Assembly (NCBI RefSeq): GCF_009834535.1
Contig: NC_045697.1
Location: 117,182,001 to 117,246,000 of the forward strand
DNA from: Camelus ferus
Lineage: Eukaryota
Length of the DNA: 64,000 bases
Direction: 5' to 3'
Under the pieces are notes generated by a model. It saw nothing but the letters and a program-made list of their open reading frames with translations, did no database searches and was not told the DNA's origin. Of this stretch, positions 35,480 to 48,705 are shown one piece after another (the first letter of the stretch is position 1; every line of letters begins with the position of its first letter). Made by a program: the position numbers and the translations under genes.

Positions 35480-37283
35480 TTAAGGAAGATAATCTGTTTA
35501 GAACAGTTTAAGGTTCACAGCAAAATTGAGGAGACTACCCCCTGCCCCAGGGCATACACAGCCTCCCCTACTAGCAACATCCCCACCAGATGGTACATTT
35601 GCTACAAGTGATGAACCTTATCGGTACCTCATCATCACCCAAAGTTCAAAGTTTACATTAGGGTTCACTCTTGGTGGTGTACATTCTTTGGGCTTGGACA
35701 GACGTATACGGACATGTATTCATCATTATAGTATAATACAGGGTATTTTCACTGCCCTAAATATCCCCTGTGCTCCAACTTGTCACTCCTCCTCTTACAC
35801 CAGTCTCTGGCAACCACTGTTTTTTTTTCACTGTCTCCACAGTTTTGCCTTTTCAAAAATGTCATATGTTGGAATCATACAGTACGTTGCCTTTTCATAT
35901 TGGCTCCTTTCACTTAGTAGTATGCAATTGAGCTTCCTCCATGTCTTTTCATGTCTTGATAGCTCATTTCTTTTCAGTGCTGAATAATATTCCATTAGCC
36001 AAATGTACTGCTGTTTATCCACTCACCTACTGAAGAACGCCTTCCTTATTCCTTCCAAGTCTTGGCAGTTATTAATAAAGCCCCTGTCAATACCCATGTG
36101 CAGGTTTTTGTGTGGACGTTAAGTTTTCAGCTCTTTGGGGTAAATACCAAAGAGCATAATGCTGGATTCTATATTAAGAGCATTTTTTTTTTTTTTGTAA
36201 GACACTTCCAAGCTGTTTTCCAAGACGGCTGTCCCATCTTGCATTTTGTATTCCCTTCAGCAATGAATGAGAGTTCTTGTTGCTTCACATCCCCACCAGC
36301 ATTTAGTGGTGTCAGTGTTCTGGATTTTGGCCATTCTAATAAGTGTGTCTCATTGTTTTGATTTGCATTTTCCTGATGACACATGATGTGGAGCATCTTT
36401 TCAAATGCTTATTTGCCACGCATGTATCTTCTTTGGTGAGGTGCCTGTTAAGTCCCTGGCTTATTTTCTACATGGATTGTTTGTCTTCCTTTTTGTTGTA
36501 AGAGTTCTTTATATACTTTGGATATAAAGTATCAGATACGTCTTTTGCAAATATTTTCTCCCCATCCGTACTTGTCTTCTCAGTCTCTTGACATTGTCTT
36601 TTGCAGAACAGAAGCTTTTAACTTTTTAATGAAGACCAGCTTATCAACTGTTTATTCCATGGACCGTGTCTTTGATGTATCTACAGGACATCACCACACC
36701 CAGGGTCATTTTGTTTTCTTCTGTGTTATCTTTTAGGAGTTTTATAGTTAAATATTTTACATTTAAGTTTGTGATCCATTTTAAGTTAATTTTTATGAAG
36801 GGGTAAGGTCTATGTCTAGATTCATTTTGGGGGTTTTTTTTGCATGTGGATATCTACTCATTTCAGCACTATTTATCAAAGACAATATCTTTGCTCCATT
36901 GTTTTGCTTTTCCTTCTTTCTCAAAGATCAGTTGACTATATTTATGTGGGTCTATTTCTTGGCTTTCCATTCTGTTTAATTAATCTATTTGTCTGTTCTT
37001 TCACCAATCCAACACTGTCTTGATTCCTGTAACTTTATAAGAAGTCTTAACATTGAGTAGTGTCAGTCTTTCAATTGTGTTCTTCTCCTTCCATATTGAA
37101 TTGGGTATTCTGAGTCTTTTGCCTCTCCATGTAAGCATTAAAATGTTTGTCATTATCCACAAAACAAGTCACAGGGATCTTGATTGGCTGATATTGCAGT
37201 GAATCTATGGATTAAGTAGGGAAGAACGGACATTTTGATAATATTGAGTCTTGCTATCCATGAATATGAAATATTTCTCCATT
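35480..37283 (-). mobile_element. Old L1 (L1MC-like) 3' region
   Basis: 'tttagaacagtttaaggttcacagcaaaattgag', 'ccccaccagatggtacatttgctacaagtgatgaacc', then degraded antisense ORF2 through 37280. Confidence 0.85.
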
Positions 37284-39216
37284 TATTTAGGTTTTCTTTG
37301 ACTGAGATATATGTTTTTAAATGAAGAATATTATTTTAAAATTACCTTTAAAAGAAATTAGCAATAAGGTATCTAAGGCTTAGAGAAACTCAAGGTCACA
37401 CAACTGTAAGAAACAGGATAGGGATTTCAATCCAGACTGCCTGATTCTAAAGTCCATTCACTTCACTTTTTTTTTTTTTTTTAAGGACATAAGGAGTTAA
37501 TTTGATGTAGAGAGTGGAGGAGGAGAAGGGCTAAAGTATTGTGTTTCATTTTCTTGTTTGTATAGCTGGGTGGATAAATGCCATTCAGTGAGACAGGGAA
37601 CGTGGGAAGGAGAGTAGGTTGGGAAAACATGAGTTTAAGGACATGGTTTTTTTTAATGTATGAACCATTCTTGGGATGTACAACTATAGGTATAATATGT
37701 ATACAATAAGGACAGATGTATGCAAGTATACAGTTTCATTAGATAGCTGAAATATACATCTGGGGTTCAGAAGAGAGAATTTAGTGGTAAATGTAGCTAA
37801 GGAATTGTTATTGTAAATAGCAGTGAAAAGTCAGAATTTATTTCCATTGGTGAGGCCAGAAGATTGGCATCAAATAAAAACAGTGACAAGATCAGAAATG
37901 TGTCTTGACTGATTATGGCTGGAAGGAATTGACCTACGTGGCACCTCCAAGGGCCTGTCATTCAAAAGCATGTTTTGCAAAACACATGGGATGTCCACTC
38001 ATATGTTCATTTCCCCACTTAATCACTCATTCGTCTGTGACACAAACTAGTGCAACAAGCTAATTCAAATGCACAATTCATTCAGAAATCCTACAACAGA
38101 GGATGGTGTGGTACAAGAATACCTTTACATTGTTCTTTGCATTCAGATCTAGAACAAATGAGTTTAATTCTCCTCTGAGACTAGCTTCTTTATAATTATC
38201 ATTTGGGGAGCAGAGTGACTCAGTAAATCCACATACATTGACACAAAGGCTAGCACGATTCAAAAGGAAACTAAAGCTGTTCTGTATCACAGAGGGCCAA
38301 CTGATGAGGCACCCTCAAGCAAAAAAAGGCTTCCCCCCAAATGAAACACGTCTGAAGGTTACACGTAGACTCTTCAAGATGCCACACACACGCACACACA
38401 TACAAATGTCATGCCAGTGGCAGACTTTCAGGAAGTGTTTGAACTTCTGTTAAGGCAGAGGGAGTAAATATGTTACATTTGTGTTTCTTTCTTTGTTTGT
38501 TTAGATTTTGTTGCTATTGCAGAATTTTTTTAAAGGTATTATCTGCTACTGTCATTTGTCTTCTAACCCTTTGTATGCCCATAAATAAAACAATAATTTA
38601 AGAATACCTTAAATTACAAAAAACATCATTGATTAACTCAACCAACTTCCTTGCTACAATTTGAAGGAGTTTTTCTCTACCAACACTTTAGTTTCCTTCT
38701 CAATTTCAACTTTATGTTTTTGAGTTACAGAAGAATCTGAATATGGTTATTTGACTACTCTTATCCACCACCCATATCAGTGTAATTACTTTTCTTGCTG
38801 ATATACAGGAAGATTTTACTCAGACCATTGCACTATTAATTACATGCTTAATGCTCTTATGCAAACAGATATCACGTCTTATGTGAGGGTTGAATATATT
38901 CATAACATTCTTGAATAAGATAAACAAATCCAATTGGGATTTCCTGTAGACTGTGGACTTGCCTTCCAAATTGGCTGGGAACCAAATACATGTGGTTACT
39001 GAAAACGACCAAGAATATTTCCTTTAATTAAAAATAAATAAAGAAAAAATAAACAAATCTAATTACCCCCAAAAAACTAAAAAATAAAAGTAATTTTTTA
39101 AATTAGGCAATTTATTTTGTCCCAATACTCAAGCCACATTCTAAGATCTATTTCATTGATAATTAAGATGAGATTTTTGTCTTAAACATAATTTTTTTAA
39201 ATTTCTCAATTAATTA

Positions 39217-39222
39217 TACACA

Positions 39223-39263
<41 letters not shown>
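39217..39263. repeat. (CA)n microsatellite, one interruption
   Basis: Direct reading. Confidence 0.95.
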
Positions 39264-39269
<6 letters not shown>

Positions 39270-41199
39270 CCTCAAATTTTACCAGAGAAAAACATAAATA
39301 AATTTAATGAGAATTTATGAGCATTTATTATATATTCATACCTTCTTTAAATGCTATGGAAAGAAAATAAAATATTCCTCCTGAACTTACTATTTGGTGG
39401 AATAAAAGCTAATATTATTTGACAAAATAAAAACTAATACGTGTGAAGCATACAGAGATTAAGGGGTTAAGAATTCAACAGAAATTGAGAGAAAAGTGAG
39501 GCAGTTGGAGCTGGAGCAATTTTATATAGTTTTATAGAGGTGACTTTGATAAGGTAGCATGAATAGAGGGCAGGAGGGACATCTTCCAGAGTGGAAGAAA
39601 TTACAGGATCACACCTACTGAGCAGGGAAGACTGTGGTTGATTATTCTGGAGAGGTGGACAAGCCCCCGTGATTGCAGTGGAACAAAGCTTTACTTTCTG
39701 GTCAGTGATGATTATCAAAATAAAGAACTATGTTTGTTAAGAACATGGCTGTGAAAGCACAATTTATTTGTATTTTGTAATCTTCCCTTGGCTCCGAATT
39801 TGATCCACTGCTGTAATATGACTGATCCTGTTTCTACATCATTCAGTTGCATTTTTATTTTGTGTGGCTGGACAGAAAATAGTCTGTCTTCACAACACCT
39901 CTGCAAAAAAGACATTTACGTAGGGCTCCTTTCTAAAATCAGGCTGGGCTGAAATCCCATGATGAAAAAATACAATGTGTCAAAAAGATTATTATTGGTA
40001 CAACTCCACCAATAGATTTGAGGGTATGTATTTCCCTGTAATGAAAATACATGACAGCACTGAAGAAAGGAAACCCTTTGAGATTATTGTAATGTTATTT
40101 CCCAACCCAAACAAATTCATTCTAATTTGTACACCTTTGTTTTTTGTTGCACTGAATCGCCTCATCAGTCTTGCACCGAGCTATGATTATTTCTCTTTAA
40201 GTAAATTGTAATTTTGATCTCTCCAGGCAAGGACACCTATATGATGAAGTGTTATCAGAGGTGACAAGATGGTAATAAATATAAAATTAAGGAAGCCCTT
40301 TTAATTTTGCAGGCAGTTTTCTATCATGCTTCTTGGCTACGGTATCATAAGCTCATAGAACAAGTGGTGGCCTGGTTAATCACCAGTGTGGTGGGGTAAT
40401 TTGTGATGACAGGACACCACGTGTGGTCATTAAACACAGTGACTCTCTCATGCCTTTCATCTCACTTCCTTTTATCATTCTTGTCTTCCAAATTTGAGGA
40501 CTAGGCAACAATAGAAAGCAAGAATAAATAGCCAAGCCTAACATTATATAAAAGCATCAAGAAATTTTTTTCTCATTAAGAATCTTGCAACCATAAATAC
40601 TTTTCACTAAGTGACATGAAATTGTCTTAATTTATAAATCATGAATGGAAACCCTATACATTTGATTATCCACAGTGTGAAGGTGACGAAATTATAAAAC
40701 AGATTCTATATAATCATAATTTTTACTGCAACTAAATGTGATTCCATTAAATATGGAGGAATCACTAAATTGTCCAGGGCCATTCTTCACAATATTAAGC
40801 AAAAATTCATGGATAGGTTATAAATGTAAGAAAGTGAATTCTTTTAGATTTTGTATGCTCTTCTTTTTTCAAAAATCATAATATGCTTTTTGATTTAATT
40901 CTGCCTTCTTCAGTCTTTGACAGGGGAGTTTAATTGCTCTACTTGGACTTTAGGGATTACAACCACCTGGCACATTTCTTCAGGCAATCCAGAGATGCTG
41001 GGGACATCTACAAGGTAAGTTTCAGACCAAGCTGACTCTGAATCCTGGCTGTATTACTTAACTAGTTATCCACTGGCAAGTTGCCTAATCTCTATGAAGT
41101 CCTAACGTTCCTCAACATGAGTATTAAAGGAAGCAATCTCTCAAAGCCCTCGCATCCAGAAGGGGCATACTAAAAACTAATCACATGTCAAACACTGTG

Positions 41200-43720
41200 C
41201 ATCTTTGGGTATTTATAAATAAATGCTAATTGTGTAGTTGAATGATAGAAAAATGTTAAGGAATAGTTTTTGGTTTTTAGTAACAAAATCGGTAAAAGAG
41301 TAGCACAAACTAATATCAGAATACATCTTTGTATCAATTAAAAAAAAATCCAGAATTAGGCACACCAGTGCTGGGGCATCAGGAAAAAGATGACAAGGAC
41401 ACAATCAACCATTTTCAAGGGGAAAAAAGGATGCTTGCATTTTAGAAGTTGAGACATTAAAACTAGAGGATGCAACAAACGTTATGTCAATATATTTGAT
41501 AATTTAAATGAATTAGACAAATTACAAGAAAAATAATAGACTCTCAAAAATAGAAAATTTTAGTAGTTCAGTATTAAAATATTGATTTGATAACCAAACT
41601 CTTATCATCGTGAGAGCTTATGGCTTATATTTTATCAGTGGTGAGTTCTAATGAGTATTTGAGAAATAAGTAATGTCAATTAAAAGATTGCTACACAATA
41701 GTAGACAAAGTATTTCCTAGTGTATTTTATGAGGGTAGGGTTTTTTACGATAGTAAAATCTGACAGTAACTATGAAAGCATGAAAAACTACTGATTATTC
41801 TCAGTAGTCAGCAGATTTGTAAATACCCTAAACAATATGTTAGAATTAAATTCATAAATACATACATTTTTAAATATCTTATATTGACCAACTTTGCTTT
41901 ATCCAAGTAATGTGAGAAGGTTTAATATTAGGAAATCAATGACAGTATTTTCCATATTAACTGACTAAAGAGCAAAGCAAAACTTATGGTGATCTTACTA
42001 AAGGTAGAAAAAGCTTTCGGTAAAATTAAACATCCATAATGTTGAGACTATTAAACTAGAAAAGGAAAGTAAATGTCCTTTCTCTGATAAAAAAAAAAAA
42101 AATCAGCAAAAATAATTTACAATGAGGGATCCAATGGGAAAAGGTTGAAATCTATCACTTTAAGATCTGGAAGGTGACAAATATACCATTTCTTGCCATT
42201 TGTATCAAATTATATACAGAGGTCTTGGCCAGAGTTGAAAAGAAATGAAAAGAAACCAAACGGCTTAAAAAGGAAAATTCAACAGTTATTAGTCTAAGAT
42301 GGTATAATTATGTACATAAAACAAAATAAAAATGGAGTATTCGATTTTATAAGCTAATTTAATAATTTTATTATATATGAAATATATTACTCCTAGAAAC
42401 AAATCTAAGAAAATTTTGCATAACTCAAAGAACAGAATTGTGAAACTATATTGAGATAGATTCGATAATTCTTAATAGATTGAGAGATATGTCTTGCTCA
42501 TAGATTGGACGTCTCGGTATTGTTAAGACATCAACTCTCCCCAAATTTATTCACAAGTTTCAAACAATTTCACTCAATTCCAGTAGGCTTCTTTTGGTTC
42601 ATAGTGGAACATAACAAAGTGATTCAAAAATTTGTTAATAAGTACGAAGTGCTGAGAAGATGCTTACTGTAGAGCTAGGACAAGTTGGAAAGATAGGTCT
42701 TCTAATATTGAAGACAGTACATTATGTAAGAGAGATAAATGAACAAATGGAACAAAATTGAAAGTTACTGCACAAATAAGTAGTCATATGATCCATAAAC
42801 ATGGGATAAAACTCTTCACTTCACTAATAACCAAGGAAATTCCAAACTATAAACACAATGAGATACTATAACACATATGCTCAATGGACACCAATTTAAC
42901 CAATTTTCAAATCAGACCTTCCCAAGGCTTGGTGAGACTTTACAACAAGAGCTGGAGAGATTCTGGAACTCTCATTCACTACTGATAAGAGAAGATTGGT
43001 CCAACTGTGTTGAGAAGCCAGTTTGGCATTATACAGTGACGTTGCATATGCTCATTCTAAAAAACTCTAACAATTTTAGTCCTCCGTAGTAAATCTAGGG
43101 AAATTCTTGTCAGTAAGAACCGAATGATTGTGTTCCCCCTGAATTCCTATGTTGAAGTCCTTGGTCCCCAGTGTGATGGTTCAGAGGTTGGGCCATTGGA
43201 GAGTGGAGCCATCAGGAACAGGATTAGCGTCCACCTGGGAAGAGGAGACAGAGCGCTCTCTCATCTCTCCCTCTCTTTCTGCCATCTGAGGATGCAGGGA
43301 GAAGATGCAGGTCTGCACACCAGGAAGAGGGCACTCACCAGTGCCTGACCACACGAATACCTTGATCTCAAACTTCCAGCCTCCAGAACTTCCTGTTGTT
43401 TAAGACAACTAGTCTGTGGTATTTTTGTTCCAGCAGCCTGCACTAAGAGAATTGTATCCAATACATGTAGCAGCGCTATGTTTTCAAGCCCCAAATTGGA
43501 ACAGCCCAGATATTTGTTAACATTAAAAGGAGTAAAATTGTCATGCAGGCATAAATGGAATACCACAGTGCACTAAAAATGAACAACAGCTAAATGCAAC
43601 CATCTGAGTGAACTTCACAAACAATATTGATTAGAAAGAAGCAAATTATAGAAGAATGGGTACTATATAATGCCATTTCTATGATTCAAAAACAGACAAA
43701 ACCACACACTCATGTTGTGT
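41200..43720 (+). mobile_element. Highly degraded ancient L1 (L1ME-like)
   Basis: A-rich with recognisable ORF2 remnants ('aaatgaattagacaaatt', 'catagattggacgtctcggtattgttaagacatcaactctccccaaattt', 'ggaactctcattcactactgat'). Boundaries approximate. Confidence 0.7.
43113..43450 (+). mobile_element. MaLR LTR (MLT1A-like) inside the old L1
   Basis: 'gaatgattgtgttccccctgaattcctatgttgaagtcc...ttgatctcaaacttccagcctccagaact...agtctgtggtatttttgttccagcagcc'. Confidence 0.85.
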
Positions 43721-44303
43721 ATGTGTTTATATGTATGTATGTGGAAAAGGGGGTATATGAAGTAAAATTGTCTGAAATAGGAAGGAAATGATATTTCCTG
43801 AGTGTATGTATATATGTATACGTAGTGCACTATATGTATATATGTGTGTATATATATGTATGTGTGTATGTATATATATTTTTAAAGTTTGCCTTATTTA
43901 TAAGTTTTGACCAGTGTATATTTTTTGCAAGGGTTATGCTGCAATATTAGATTTAGAAGTGTGAAAAATGCACAAAAATTGACAATGAAACATAAGATGA
44001 GACATTTACAAGCCTTGCCTGCACCGCTACTTCCAGGTGCTGACTATCTAAAAGTATACATACACACAAAAAATTGCAAACACTGACTTTAAGAATCTTA
44101 CAATAGTGAAAGGGAAGAAAAAAATGAAAGCATGCAGTGTTAACACAGGATTGGAGTGGAAAATAGTTTGCCCTGGATGGGATCCCTTCCATGGATGAAT
44201 TAAAAGTCAAAAGGAAGATGCGAGATTGTTTTTCTAGAGTAGAATTGCTCCTTTAAAAACACTCCCAGCCTTCCCTAAGCTTAAAGGCTAGTGGTTATTT
44301 CCA

Positions 44304-45352
44304 GCTTTTATACAGCTAAGGAAAACATCAACAAAACGAAAAGACAACCTACAGAATGGGAGAAAGTATTTGTAAATGATGCAATTGACAAAGGGACTAA
44401 TTTCCAAAATATACAAATAGCTCATACAGCTTAATATTAAAAAAGCAAGCAATCCAATCAAAGAGTGGGCTGAAGACCTAAATAGACCTTTCTCCAAAGA
44501 AGACATCCAGATGGCCAACAAGCACATGAATAGATGCTCAACATCACTAATTGTTAGAGAAATGCAAATCAAAACTACAATGAGGTATCACCTCACACTG
44601 GTCAGGATGGCCATTATTAAAAAGTCTACAAACTATAAATGCTGGAAAGGGTGTGGAGAAAAGGGAACCCTCCTACACTGTTGGTGGGATTGTAAATTGA
44701 TGCAGCCATTATGGAGGACAGTATGGAAGTTCCTTAAAAAATTAAAAATAGACTTACCATATGATCCAGCAACCCCACTCCTGGACATATACCTAGAGAA
44801 AAATATAATCCAAAAAGACACATGTACCCCAGTGTTTACAGCAGCACTATTTACAATAGTCAAGACATGTAAACAATCCAAATGTCCATCAACAGATGAT
44901 GGGATAAAGAAATTGTGGTATATTTATACAATAGAATACTATTCAACCATTGAAAAGAATAAAATAATGTCATTTGCAGCAACATGGATGAACCTGGAAA
45001 TCATCATTCTAAGTGAAGTAAGCCAGAGAGAGAAAGAAAAATACCATACGATATCACTTATATGTGGAATCCAAAAAAAAAAAGGACACAGATGAACTTA
45101 CCCTCAAAACAGAAACAGACTCACAGGCATGGAAAACAAACTTATGGTTAGCAGGCGCTAAAGGGGGTGGGAAAGAATGAACCGGGGATTCAACAATTGT
45201 ACCTCTTGGGGAGTGATGGAAATGTTAGCTAATTTGATCGTGGTTGTGGTTTCATGGGTGTACACATCTATCAAAGTTCATCAAATTGTACATCTGAAGC
45301 ATGTGTAGTTTACTGTACAGGAACCATATCACAATAAAGATGTTAAAAAAAA
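44304..45352 (+). mobile_element. L1 ORF2 C-terminus and 3'UTR with atypical terminal segment
   Basis: ORF 44511-45095 is L1 ORF2 C-terminal ([12 protein letters not shown]...[18 protein letters not shown]) reading into the 3'UTR. After ~45200 the sequence differs from sibling 3' ends. Confidence 0.9.
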
Positions 45353-46454
45353 GTTATAGATAGAAGGACAGAGCTACAAAAATTAAGCAGACACAAGCAT
45401 TCACACGGTGCAGCAGTCTGGGAGTATTTTGTGTAGACACAAATAGCCTTCTAACTTTAACAGTTCCTTCCAGGAGAACCAGTCTTTACACCTGTAGAAA
45501 TATTGATGGTGATCAGTAGTGATTTAGTAACATTTCCATGATGCTGATCCCATTGTGATTAAAAAGTCAGGAAACACGATGTATTGTAATAAAATAGCCA
45601 CAAATATTGTATGACAAAAAGAACAGGGGCGAGTGCTTAATAAGGTAAGCTTAGGTCATCTGAACAGTGTCAACTCATGAATATACAAATGGGAAGGGGT
45701 CTGGATACCTTAGGACTACGCTCTACAGAAGAGGAAATTAGAGACCAGAGATGAGTACTGAGGTCCTCAAGGTCATTGTGCAAATGAATGCAAAGTTAGT
45801 TTTAGATATCAAATCTCAGTTCCCTGTATTTGCACCCCCTATGTGATGTCCCCAAATTACGGGCAAAGGATGTGTGATTAGATTCGTACTTATCCTTACG
45901 ATACATAGTAAAGCCAAGAGTAAAAAAAAATACGATATATTAAAAGCTGATATGAATGAATGCTAGTGATTAAGCCAGGCTAGCTACCACTATAAGCCTT
46001 GTAGGACTACCCACTCCTTTCATATTTATAAAAACTCTGTAAGTCAGTGGATCAGTTGTGTACTGCTGCAAAACAAGCCAGCCCCAAACCTCTGAAGCTT
46101 AAAACTTACGTCCGTTTTCTCTGTCAGTGTTGTGGTGATGTAGCCTCTTGGCCTGTTCTCATTTGAGGCTGAGGTGATTATATTCATTTGGGGTTGGAAG
46201 GAGGCTGTTTTGTTTAAAATGGCATCATCTGTGTGTCTGGTGAGTGAGGGCTGTGAGCAGGCCCTGGTGGCTCCAGTAGCTGGCCTGGGGTCTACAGAGG
46301 GCAGCCGTCACCCCAGAGGCAAGTTCCAACACACAGGCTCTTTCTATTCTTTTTTGGATATTTTGTATAATGATGGGTCTCTATCAAATTACTCAGCTTT
46401 ACTTGAATTCTAAGGATCAGAACCTTGTTCTTTAGAAAATCAGCTTTCTTTAAT

Positions 46455-46780
46455 CTTTTTTTAAATTAACATGTATGTGATTTACAGTGTTGTGTTAGTT
46501 TCTGGTATATAGCATAGTGATTCTGTTTTATGTATATGTATTCCTTTCCATATTCTTTTTCATTATAGGCTGTTACAAGGTACTGAATATAGTTCCCTGT
46601 GCTATATGGTAGGACCTTGTTGTTTATCTATTTTATATCTAGTAGTGTGTATCTGCAAATCTCAAACTCCCAATGTATCCTTCCACCTCCCCCTTTTCCC
46701 CTTTGGTAACCATAAGTTTGTTTTCTATGTCTGTGAGTCTGTCTCTGTTGTGTAAAGTTCATTTATGTCTTTTCTTTAAT
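46455..46780 (-). mobile_element. L1 3' end
   Basis: Antisense 3'UTR 'tttacagtgttgtgttagtttctggtatatagcatagtgattc...ccctttggtaaccataagtttgttttctatgtctgtgagtc'. Confidence 0.9.
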
Positions 46781-47831
46781 CTTTTTCTTTGTATTTGTTA
46801 TAACTATGTCCTTTCAGTCTTCAAGTTTTGTAAGATAATCTTGAGTTTTTCAAACTGTCTCAATTTCATTGAATGCGAATTTTTTTAAATTGTTTTGTCT
46901 TTTATTAAAAACATGGTTTTGTTTAAATTCTCTCCCATAGAGGAAGAAGCCAGCCTATTTCTGTGGCTGTTGTGCTGGTGTGAAAGTAAAAAGCAAATGA
47001 AACTCGAGGGAAAGAGGAAAACTCAGGGTCAGCTGCTACATATTAGAAACTTCACTTTCAGACTCTCCACCCAAAATGAGTGGCCAAATCATAGAGATAT
47101 TTTGCTTTATATCAGTGAGCATAATTGTCCTCATTTGGTCAAAAAATCTCTTCTTCTGTAAAAACTTCTGGCACAATGTTGTAGCCCAAACTACAAGTAT
47201 CAAGCTCATTCTCGGTGGAGCTTTGAGTCCTCAAACTGAATGAGCGACGTGTCAGGTTGATTGACTGTAACTGATCAGACCACTTTGTTTAGGTTACTTT
47301 TAATGCAATTATCTTTGCGATTGTAATTAGCATGGATGAGGCCAGAGGAAGACAGAAATTGTTTCTGAATTTTCCTTTATCACAAATGGTCATGTAAGAT
47401 TGTTTAGTAGTTCGTTATGTCAGGATGGTGTAAAAAGTACTTTTTGATGATAATAAAAGTGGAGCAGAACTTCTAAGTCCTAGTGAAATGGAGGCTTAGT
47501 GATAAGTAATAATTTATCCTGTAATACTTCATAAGCATGAGCCAGATTAATGGAAGCACTTTAGTAAATAGTCTAGAATAATAAATGATGATGTAAATTT
47601 TTCTATTCCAGTCAAAGATGGAGTCTTTAGTGTTTCTCAGTTTATCTTTTGCTTTTGTGTTTTTGTGATTTTCTCATACCTCATCTCAACGATATGATTG
47701 TTTCCCTTCTTTCACTTTCCCATCCTTCTGAAATTTTTTTTTTTTTTTACTATCTATAAAATCTCCTAGAATGACTAGACTTTGTAAAAGGATTTCCTCT
47801 TTCTGAGTGTATTGTGCTCAGGGATATTTTT

Positions 47832-47880
47832 TTTAACATTTTTTATTGATTTATAATCATTTTACAATGTTGTGTCAAAT
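47832..47880 (-). mobile_element. ~50-bp extreme L1 3' end
   Basis: 'ttttattgatttataatcattttacaatgttgtgtcaaat' between perfect TSD gggatattttt (47821-47831 / 47881-47891). Confidence 0.85.
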
Positions 47881-47946
47881 GGGATATTTTTGCTATTTTA
47901 GATTCTTATATAACCTACGCAAAAGGCCACATAGGGATTGCAATAT

Positions 47947-48705
47947 TGTTGCTGAAACACAACCTCTGTACCCCGTTTACCAAATTGAGACATAAGGACC
48001 GAGTTTTGGATGAAATAGAAAAGGCAGCTTTATTTCTTTGCAGGCAAAGGTGGTCCCAGTGGGCTAATGCCTCTAAGACTGTGAGCCTGCTGGGGAGAGA
48101 GGGCAAGAGGTTTTATGTAAAAGTTCAAGAGGTGAAGGGTGGAGCTGGTTTCCACAGAGATCACACACAGGGTAACAAACTGATGCAAAGTTGTTCTTGT
48201 TGTTGCAGATGCAGCGTCCCCTTCCCCCTGCTGGGTGTGAAGCTCACCTCTGGCTCTGGGACTCTTAATGTTCTTGTACCTGGATCAAAGGATACATAGG
48301 AAGAGGCTCCATGGAAAAGAGCTCTAGAGAGAAACTTGTGCTGTTTAAAGTCAGGTGGGTAAATGCTTTTAACCTTTTGAGCAGGCTGAGGCCTGGGACC
48401 TCCTGCCACAGGCTGAGGGCTGCAGCTTAAACAACAGGATCCAAGGAAACCACAAGGGGTCAAGAGGAGGGCACTGCAGACTGGAACAGAGCACTGGGGT
48501 CAGGAGCAGGGCACTGAGCATGACCCTTGCACACAGCACCACAAGGGGGCTGGGTGGACCACCCAGGCCTCCCTCCTCTCCAGCCCGAACCTGATCAGCA
48601 AGAGCACGAGACAAACCCTTTAAAGCATTACACAGTTAGGCAATTACAAACACCATTACAGACACCAGATGGTCACTGGTGACAATAGGGCCCTGCTGGG
48701 TTATA
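47947..48705 (-). mobile_element. ERV1-class solo LTR (~760 bp)
   Basis: Starts TGTT, antisense AATAAA (tttatt) near 48029, ends 'ggttata' (TACA variant). 4-bp TSD atat (47943-47946 / 48706-48709). Confidence 0.8.

Noticed and set aside
44511..45095. 194-aa ORF as a host gene
   Set aside because: L1 ORF2 C-terminus in a 5'-truncated element. Non-autonomous remnant.
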